Virus record (IMG/VR): IMGVR_UViG_3300027834_000005
Coordinates: 248,001 to 312,000 of that record
Reading direction: 5' to 3' (one strand)
Length of the DNA: 64,000 nucleotides
A program made the position numbers and the translations under genes. Position 1 is the first letter of the stretch. Every line of letters begins with the position of its first letter. Shown here piece after piece: positions 63,491-64,000 of this stretch. The notes below the pieces were generated by a model. The model made no database searches. It was not told where the DNA came from and saw nothing but the letters and a program-made list of their open reading frames with translations.

Positions 63491-64000
63491 AAGTAAGATA
63501 ATCCTAACTGACGTTGATCATTGTCTAACCTCATGGATACATTCATTTCATGGCTACATGGATGAACTTGGACATGCTAGAGTCGATGATCACCACCAAC
63601 ACTTTTTTGTGAATGATAAGTATAACATCGACTTCGATCACGCAGAAGAGTTAGTTGCGGAATTTAACCTTACGGACAGTATCAAGACATTATCCCCTTT
63701 TAAGGACTCTCAGGAGTACGTGGGGCGCTTGAAGGACGAAGGCTTTGAGTTTCATGCGGTTACAAGCATAGGCACTCATAAGACCACTGTGGCTAATAGA
63801 ATCCACAACCTTGAGATGTTATTTGGCGAAGATACTTTCTCTTCGGTTAATTGCATACCAGTGTTTGGCGATAAGAGTCAAATATTGAAGCGTTGGAAAG
63901 ATGAAAAGTATATGTGGATTGAAGATTGTCCTAAGAATGCTGAAGTCGGACTGAATTTGGGATTATTCCCTATCTTGATAATGCATCCTGAAAATGCTCA
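63471..64000 (+). CDS. HAD-superfamily 5'(3')-nucleotidase-like protein (runs off the window)
   Basis: Open frame to the window end; ILTDVD (DxD), AVTS, DK, WIEDCPKNA; not in ORF track. Confidence 0.75.
   Translation, partial: MMNQPPESKIILTDVDHCLTSWIHSFHGYMDELGHARVDDHHQHFFVNDKYNIDFDHAEELVAEFNLTDSIKTLSPFKDSQEYVGRLKDEGFEFHAVTSIGTHKTTVANRIHNLEMLFGEDTFSSVNCIPVFGDKSQILKRWKDEKYMWIEDCPKNAEVGLNLGLFPILIMHPENA

Noticed and set aside
1-64000. Stop-codon reassignment (alternative genetic code)
   Set aside because: Known genes are full length in the standard code, and TAA, TAG and TGA all end genes flush with the next start.
1-64000. tRNA, tmRNA or rRNA genes
   Set aside because: Intergenic gaps are short and explained by promoters and terminators. 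I saw no cloverleaf with TTCGA/CCA features by eye; tRNAscan-SE would be decisive.

Overview
This 64-kb window is gene-dense, almost entirely + strand, and comes from a large T4-like (probably jumbo) myophage. The relationship to the RaK2/GAP32, Atu_ph07 and XacN1-type phages is inferred from gene content and was not checked by search. Virion genes include a 910-aa tail sheath, tail tube and tube paralogue, gp4-like head completion nuclease, large terminase, PAAR tip and many acidic head-type proteins. The replication and recombination set comprises gp32, UvsX/Y/W, primase, helicase, clamp loader subunits and a two-piece minimal DnaE-like polymerase whose halves lie about 37.5 kb apart. Nucleotide metabolism genes are dNMP kinase, NrdAB, ThyA, DHFR, MazG-like and HAD. 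There is an unusually complete protein-quality-control set: ClpX, ClpP, ClpS, a rhomboid protease, two GroES-like proteins and ribosomal protein bS21. Two promoter classes can be read directly: a late motif (G/C)ATAAATA at about 17 sites, and host sigma70-type promoters. The main hypotheses are: (i) a family of unrelated cargo proteins sharing an N-terminal M-[RK]-[LI]-x-E-[FIL] putative capsid-targeting signal; (ii) a split, minimal DnaE core; (iii) a ClpXP with altered RKH and IGF loops; (iv) repeated leaderless-mRNA geometry together with a phage bS21; (v) several micro-ORFs missed by the ORF track. No tRNA, CRISPR array, intron or intein was seen. All family assignments come from motif recognition by eye, without database searches. 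Several start codons were moved from the ORF track using RBS and promoter context.
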